Source: Amoeboradix gromovi X-113 (lineage: Eukaryota > Fungi > Sanchytriomycota). From it: DNA of 32,000 bases. The position numbers were made by a program, and so were the translations under genes. The stretch is from contig JADGIF010000002.1 in assembly GCA_018985225.1 (NCBI GenBank), positions 1 through 32,000 on the forward strand. The letters run 5' to 3'. Position 1 is the stretch's first letter; each line of letters opens with the position of its first letter. A model generated the notes under the pieces. It did not search any database, was not told the DNA's origin, and worked only from the letters and a program-made list of their open reading frames with translations. This document shows positions 20,913-30,000 of this stretch, piece after piece.

Positions 20913-21029
20913 ACCATGTGCTAAAGTTGTGCGGTTTATGAACTTGTTTTCGCAGAAGACTTTTTTGCCGTCGAATTTTAACATTTTAAATCTTCAATGG
21001 TGTAAAAACTATTTTTACAACATTCTCCC

Positions 21030-24000
21030 ATGTCTCAAAACATACAAATTGAACATTTGCTTGGCAAAGCTATTACTTTGGCACCAGATAAACTGGCAGC
21101 ATTAACTGCACATTACAGTGAAGTGCTTGAAAAGTTTCTTAAGTGTGAGATAAACGTTCTTTATGTCCATATCCTAGAAGATCAGATACTAATCCAGGAA
21201 GATGTTCAACTTCCTTGCAAAACGCTGGTAATTTTAACAAACAATGCTTCCGTCTTTAACCCTGACAGAGTTTCTATATCTCAATTTCCTGGTGACGATT
21301 TAGTCAATGCTCTGTACCAGAATGTCCATTACACGGTAAATCCTTTGTTCTCCAAAACTACTCATGGAATACAAAGTAAGACAGTTCCTGTAACTAAAAA
21401 AAAGCTTGCAGAAGTAGAGTTAGCATTGGTTCAGCTCCAGAACAATGTAGAAATTCCAACTGTCAATTTGCAAATCCATCAAGAAGTCGTTGATTTTCTC
21501 AAACAAGTCGGTGATAAATCAGTCACTCCGGACGATATTCCCAAGTCAATAATTGAAAACGGTCATTTTTTGAATGAGCTGCAAACGCTAGTTAATGACT
21601 GGCTTAAAAACATCAAAATTCTAATATCCTTACAACGCGATCCGAGGTCTGGTTCAGCATCGCAGGAAATTTCATTTTGGTTAGATTTGGAGAAGACTCT
21701 TGAGTTTGTTGAGGTTCAGCTAAAAAGTCCAGGGGTATCTTGTACTTTGTTGATTCTTCAGCAGGCGCGTAGATTTCATGGATCTGCGTCATTTATCCAA
21801 GATACGGGTCTCAAGGATACACTAAGACAAGCTAAGAGTTATAACTTTCTGTTTCATGAATTCCCGATAAGTGAGCTGTTGAGTGCAGAAGAATTAAATG
21901 GGATGACTAACGGAATTAAAATGATATTTGAACATATGACGAAGAAAGCCAAGATAGCACCTTATCCTGTGTCCAAACTATTACATTTCCTTGAAGCTTT
22001 AAGTAAAGATGTCAACGATCAAGCTCTACGTATCATAAATGGTAAGAAGTTGATGGGTCTACCTAAAATTAAGTTTGATTCAATTATTAATGACTTTTTA
22101 TTAATGTTCAAATGCTGGGACGATCATTTTAAAGAATTTGGTACCATTTGTAGAGAACTTTTGCGTAAGCGTGCTGAGGCATTTGTTCCCTATAAAATAT
22201 TGAATGGTCACGAAAAGCTGCAACAAAGAGTTCAATTTCTAGCCCAACTTAGGGATTCTCATGATACATTACAAAGCGCACTGAAAGACATTATGAGACA
22301 GCAAGAAAGCGATGATCTAACTAGTATGCATGAATTGGATAATGCTTACGACTTGTTCACCGTATTAGATGTGTTGGATACTAGTAATGACGGACACGAA
22401 TCAATTCAGACTGCTGAAGCGACATATAACTCTCGGGTTAGCAGAATCGAAGCGCAGTTTATAGAGATGCTCAGAAATCTATTGAAGAATGCAGATACAC
22501 CGCAGATGATGCTTGCAGTATTTGAAAAATATCATTTGCTGTTAGGAAGGTCTAATATTAGGGGTGGCTTATTAGAGTTTCAATCAATGACTTTGGAATA
22601 CTTGAAATCGCAAATTAAATCACTACAGGATCAGTATGTGAACGGCTATGAGAACTGTAAGTTAAGCGTGATTCATCATACGAAGGGTATTCCTATGGTA
22701 AGTGGTAGGATAATGTGGATTAAACATTTAGAAACACAAATGCTAAGGGCTATCGATCAGTTAAAGGCATTACTTGGTAATGTGCAATCTCATTATGAAG
22801 GTCAAAAGATTATTGAAGAATACAAAGTATTTACTCGCAAGATAGATATAAATCAGTACCTTAATCATTGGGTACTTGAATTAAAATCTTACGGTCTCAA
22901 TAAATGCTTCGACAAATCTTTATTCCTGATTTCCAACAATGAAATCAAAGTCAATTTTAGCAAGCATTTGCTGAATGTGTACCGTGAATGTCGAAATCTA
23001 CAATTCTTGAACATTCAAGTACCATTAAACATCCAGCAATTCAGCAAGGAAATAAAAAAGCTGTATCCAATAGTGGTATCACTGTTTAATTCGTTTTACA
23101 GCGCCACTCACATACTATCAGTTCTCGAATCTGACATTGTATTGATAGATGAATATTGCACTGTGTTCTATCAACTATTGCAATCAAGTCATAGCATAGC
23201 GTGGTCGAATATGTTAGAACTGACTAACACTAGTAGATACCATTCCGATTTAGTGAATCAATGTGATTTAATCAAATTGAAGGCTAATAGAGTACTGCAT
23301 TACAAAAATGAGCTATCCAATGCTACCAATAAATTAACCGTTATTAGTAATGATGATATGCAGCTATTGGGTTCAAGTGTTCAATCTTTGTTTGATTCTA
23401 TGCAATTGGATGGTTTAAGTAACATTAGCTATTACTATGAGCAGTGGCTCTTAAACTCCTTATTTCCTCGACTAAACACCATTATTAATACAACTTTTAC
23501 TAACCTGATTGATAAAATGAAGAACATGCAGCATTTGAGTACTAGCAACTCACTTACTAGACTATCATCACTTAGTTTAAAGGATCATGCTATCACAGCT
23601 ATTCAACAGGAGCTACATGGCCTGGGATTCCAATGCGTGTTAAGAATTGAAAATCAGCGCATTTTAACAGAACCGCCATTGCTAGAATGTAAGGAGTGGT
23701 TGTTAGAACATGTAAACCGTACTTTGAACACATTTGCTATCAATATTCATCCAAATAGATTTAATCAAACGTCACATGTTAAAACGACTGTAAGTGATTT
23801 TGCATTGTACATGGACAACAAAATGATTTGTAAGTTTTATGAGCTAATTCATGAATATTACAATCAAGCTAATGGATTCCTCGATTCTATGCGCAAGTAT
23901 CAGGGTCTGCTCAAATGTACAGTGGATGCCATTCAAATGTTATTAAAAGATAGTTTGACCAACTGGTTGAAGATAATGAGTGAAATGAAAAAGGATAAAT

Positions 24001-27000
24001 CTCAACTAGAGTCACAAAATGGATTAACAATGTTTGGTCCAATATTAATAGATTACAGTGTAGTAAAAGAAGTGCTTATTAGTAAATACACTGCCATATT
24101 AAATGAGTCACAGATGATATTCATGTCAAAGGTACATAGCAAATCTAAATCATTCTTAGAGCTGATTAAATTATACAAGCTGGGAATGGAGGAACCAGTT
24201 GAACTAAATAACATATATACTAAACTGAATATTACACTTTACTCTAGCTCTGATGGTAGCATATCACTACTAATATTTATTCATTACTTAAACAAGCAGT
24301 TTCATGTTCTGCAAGAAGAGCTGCAGTTACTACAGCAATCTCATTTATTCATTAACAGATGCCATTTACCATATGCTAATGACTGGATATACTATGACAA
24401 TATTGAATCCAATTATAACAGTGTCAAGGAATATTTGAAGCGTAAAACGGATTCCATGCAAAACTCGTTGTCGTTACTAAAACAGAGTGTGGTAGTTCAA
24501 TCCACTGCATTGCAATCAAGTATCATTGAGCAATGTAAGGAATGGGATGCTAATAAACCTATACAACAACAATCAGTGGAATCGAGCTTAGAAATAATGA
24601 ACAAATACAATGATATATTTAATACACTATTAAATGAACAAAATGCACTGAACATTGCAAGGGACATGATGGAACTTCAGCTAATAAGAAGCGATGAGCT
24701 AAGCAGTGTATTAAATGAGATAAAGGACTTGCAAACGGTATGGGACAAAGTGAGTATAAACCACAATGAGTTGCACGAGCTAGGTAAAACAGAGTGGCAG
24801 GCATTGGATCCTAAACAGATCAGGGTAAGTCTAGAGCAGCTAAACAACAATATGGACCATTTGCCACCGTTTTACAAACAATATACACCTATAGTACATT
24901 TCAAAAATAAGGTTACCAGTTTAATAAAAAGCAACAGTATACTTTTTGATCTGCAATCGCCTGCATTAAAGCCACGCCACTTTCAAGAGCTACAAATTAA
25001 ATCGAACATTACTAATGCTAGTGCTATCAAAACTGTACAAGACATATGGGACCTACAATTAAACAGTAACATGTCTTGGTATAAAGAATTGATCAGTACC
25101 GCAAACGGTGAGTACAATTTGGAGCAATTTATTGAGAAATGTAAACAGACTTTAAAATCGTTTAAGATGAATACTTTCCACTATAAACAGAAGATCTGGT
25201 TATTAAGACAAGTTGATGACTTGTTTGAGACATGCGAGGAGTACTCCAGTAGCTTAAATAGCATGAAATCTAGTCCGTATTACAAGTCATTTGAGGAAGA
25301 TGCTTTATACTGGAGTGATAAAGTTAACTCTATTTACAAAGTGTTTAATACGATGCTTGATGTACAAAAGCTTTACATGCATTTAGAAGGTGTGTTCACA
25401 TCATCAAAAGAGATCAAGAACACACTTCCCAATGAATCGCAATTGTTTGAATCACATCACTCCGAGTTTATTCAGTTAACTAAAAAATCGAATCAAAAAG
25501 AGTATGTTTTGGACATAATTAACATTCCCAACATTCAATCTAACCTGGATAGAATATACAAGGGATTATGTAAACTCCAAAAATCGCTCTCAAATTTCCT
25601 TGAACAGCAGCGCACAAAGTTTCCTAGGTTCTACTTTATTGGTGATGATGATCTACTACAACTGATAGGGGATACCACATCGTTACAATTTCATCTTACT
25701 AAGCTGTTCCCTGGTATTGCTAGATTACTTTTAACTGATAACACCATATCAGGCATTTATAGCAAAGAGAATGAGCATGTTGAATTGGTGAATTCTATTA
25801 AACTGAATGATTTAATTCCAACACTCCAGCAGCTTGAGTTAGAGATCAAGAACACTTTGTTAGACCGATTTGCTTCATTGAATAAGATAGTTCAGAATAT
25901 ATGGGACAATCCTGATATAATCAGCTCAATATTGCACTACCCTTTCCAGATTATTGAGTTATCTCTAAGATATTCATGGACTGTTAAATGTGAGTCATTA
26001 ATGCCAAACACTAACAACCTGGTTCCGTCAATAACAGGTCTAATCAATCAACTACTGCAGCTAGTACAATCTACAGATGATGTTTTGATAATTAAGAAAT
26101 TAAAGAACCTAATTAAAGAGCTATTGCCTCTCCGTAAGTCAACGATTGATTGCAATGGTTGCAATAAATCAGATTATAAATGGCTTCAGTATCTGCGGAC
26201 CTATGTCAAGGATAAAAAACCCGAAATTGCAATAGGCCATAATTCTTTTGAATATAAATGTGAATATTACGGTGTAGTTGATAAGTTGATAAGAACTGAC
26301 TTGACTAATGATGCCAATTTGACGTTTGGATTAGCGCTAAACCACAATTTAGGATGCTCCCCAAGTGGCAAGGCCGGTACGGGAAAGACTGAATCTGTGA
26401 AGCAGATGGCCAATGTTATTGGTGTTATGTGTTTTGTGTTTTGCTGCGATGAGGCATTTGATGTACATGTAATGAAGCGTATATTATACGGTTTAAGCGC
26501 TATAGGGAGTTGGGGATGTTTTGATGAATTTAATAGGCTGGAATCAGACGATATGAGCTTGGTTAGTGTTTTAATAAAGCAACTGAGGCAGCAAAGTAAC
26601 AATCAATTGGGTATCTTTATTACAATGAATCCTACATATAAAGGTAGAAATGCGTTACCATTAGACCTTGTTAAGCTCTTCAGACCTGTGAAAATGGAGG
26701 TGCCAGATTTAGTCGATATAGCAGAAGCACTATTATACTGTGATGGCTTTACTACCAGTAGTGATCTAGCTATTCTTTTAACTAGATTATTCAACAAGTG
26801 TGAATTGTATTTGGATAAATGCCCTCATTATGACTTTGGACTACGAGCAATGAAGAGCGTACTATTGAATGCAGGCATCTATAAGCATTCAACTGGTAAC
26901 GAACTAGATTGTGTTTTAAATGCGCTAGCCAGCACAATAGCCCCAAAATTAACACTTAGTGATTCCATACTATTTGAATCTTTTGTTCAGAATGTGTTTA

Positions 27001-30000
27001 ATAGAGCATTGGTAAACACTATGATTAACAAGAGTATCGAACCACTTCTGAAACACCTACAGCTGTCAACAAGTAGCTCTTTTGTTGCCAAGGTTGATCA
27101 GTTTCTCAAGATTCATGACATATATCAAGGATTTATGTGCGTTGGCTACATCGGCAAGTCGACATGTATCAGTGTTTGCAAGCAAATACTGCAGATGGAT
27201 AAAAAGTTAAATGTATACAATATTAATGCCAAGGTATTAGATAAGCACTGTTTGTATGGTCAATTAAACACGGTTAGTAAGGAATGGACCGACGGTGTCT
27301 TTACGTCAATTCTTCGCAAGTGCATTAGCAACGCTAGCTCACTGTCGTGGATCATATTTGATTGCGATATTGATCCGATATGGTGCGAGAATTTAAATAG
27401 TGTTTTAGACGACAACAAAACATTGACTCTGCCAAATGGAGAACGACTGGTATTGCATGAGAACATTAAGCTGATATTTGAAGTAAATAGTCTGCAGCAC
27501 GCTACACCAGCTACAGTAAGTAGAAATGGTATAATATACTTTGATAAGGATCTTATACCAATAGAAGATGTAGTTGTGCACTACATACACAAACTCAGCA
27601 GTCCAACTATGATCAACCTTCTATTATCTAAAGTATCTCTAGTTATAAGTGTGTACGAAGCTAGCTTAAAATTACAGCATATTATGGATTATGAACTCCA
27701 CTTTTATTTAAACAGGTTTATTCATTTTGTGCAAGGATGCAGCGCTTTATACATATCAGATGTTAATTACAATACAGACGAGTCTGACAGTGCGTCTGTA
27801 ACACCCAACAATGTTATAATGCATGCGTTATTCTATGCTAGCTGTGGAGATGTTAATGAAGAGAACAGAAGTTTATTCATAGAGGACTTTAAAGAACTGA
27901 ATAACATGGATGATGTAGATTACTATAACACAATGCTGAATAGCAGTGGAATAGTAAACATTAACTCAACGTTAAGTGATAATGTAGTTGGTAATGATTT
28001 TAACATGATAATCCCGACTGTTGATACCGTTAGAAACGAGTCATTAATAACTGAACTTATACACAGCAAATCAGGACTGATACTAGTAGGTCCGGCAGGA
28101 AGTGGTAAAACAATGTCATTGGTAGGCTCACTGAAAAAGCAAATAAACACTGCATTTGCAATGCTTAACTTCAGTTCAGAAACTAGCTGTGATACAATAA
28201 TTACACTCTTAAAGCAACAGTGTGATGTTATAAATAGCCCAAATGGACTAATAATGACACCTAAGCATGGCAAGTCGTTAATAGTGTTTTGTGATGAAAT
28301 TAATTTGGTAAAATGCGACGACTATGGGACACAAATAGCATTGTCATTGATATGGCAGCTAATAACACAAAAGTCTTACCATGATGTACAATTAAACAGT
28401 ACAGTTAATATACAAAATATTATAATCATCGGTGCTTGCAATCCACCCACTTACAAAGGTAGAATTCCAATAAGTCACAGACTACTCAGGCATATGCCAG
28501 TGTTAAACGTAGGCTACCCATCGGAACAGTCACTAATTAGAATATATAACAGTTATATGTCATTCATACTAAAGCACTCCAGTAATAGCAATTATGGATT
28601 AAAAATAACAAAATATCTGGTTAATTGTTACATGCAGTGCAAGATAGAGTTTCCAAGTAGCAAGCAGTCCCACTACATTTACAGTCCTAGAGAATTGAGT
28701 AGGTGGGTCAGGGGAATACACTACTTTGTAGATCAGGATTTGGAACCTTCACTACAAGAACTAGTAGAATTGATTTATTATGAAGGAGAGCGGCTATTTC
28801 ATGATAGATTGATAGGAGAAGAGGAGCGCCTAAACTGCAAGCTGATATTGAAGAGTAACTTGGATGTCATAGCCACACCAACCATAACTACAGAGGTTGT
28901 GTTTAGCAACTGGATGAGTAGATGCTACCAAAGCACTAACATTGATGAACTGCGGCTATTTCTCGTAAACAGGTTAAAGACATTCAACGAGGAAGAGAGC
29001 ATAAATCAGCTTTATTTGACCAATGACTTCATTAATCATTTATCCCGAATAGACAGAGTATTGAAGCAGCCAAACGGTCACTTGCTACTATTTGGAACAC
29101 CTGGAAGTGGTAGAAAGTCCTTGTGCCATTTTGCGTGCTGGCTAAATGGAATTAGCGTAGAAATTCTGTCTGTTTACAATGGATACAGTTTGATTGAATT
29201 CGATGAATTACTACGCAAAATTATTAGGAAATGTGTATTATTAGATGATAAGATAGCATTATTAATCGATGACTCAAGCATCATAGAATCGTCATTTATC
29301 GAAAGGATGAACACGTTGTTGGCTAACTCTGAAATCCCAGGGTTATTTGATAATGATGAATACAATCAGATTATACAGCAAAACAAAAAGACTAGCAATA
29401 GTGACGATGTAGATGGTGATGCCTGGTTTGTGAATCAAATTAGAAATAACTTACATGTGGTATTTACAATGCAATATGGGAATGTCCAGTCCCCAGCATT
29501 GTTTAATAGATGCGTGGTTAATTACATGGGTGACTGGAGTGTTGACGATTTAATGCAGGTAGCAATGCAAATAGTGCCTGTCGGATTGAGCATAAATGAG
29601 ACAGAAACTAGCAGAGTGTTTGTAGACTTTCACAGGACTCAATCCAGTAATGCAGAAACATCACCAATGACGTTTTTGCATGCTGTAAAACTATTTGAAT
29701 TACAAACTACTACGAAATTAAACGAAATACAAGAGCAACAGCATCATTTTAATAATGGTCTTGATAAAATCAATAGCAGTGTATCATACATAGCACAACT
29801 TAAGAACGAGCTAACCATAAAGAACACTGATTTACAGAGCAAGCAACAAGTGGCTAATTCCACACTGAAAGAAATGGTAGTCAAACAACAAGAAGCAGAA
29901 CTGAAGAAGCAAGAATCCATAACTATAAGCAACGAACTACAAAGTAAGCAACACGATATACAACAACGTCAATCAATAGTTCAAGAGCAGTTGAGTAAAG

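Larger units (their letters stand above)
20080..21002 (-). mobile_element. 923-bp TIR element flanked by TA (Tc1/mariner/IS630-like ends) carrying a deleted Fanzor1
   Basis: TIR CACCATTGAAGATTTgAgATGTT (from 20080) versus AACATtTtAAATCTTCAATGGTG (to 21002), with TA on both sides. No transposase is present. Confidence 0.88.
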
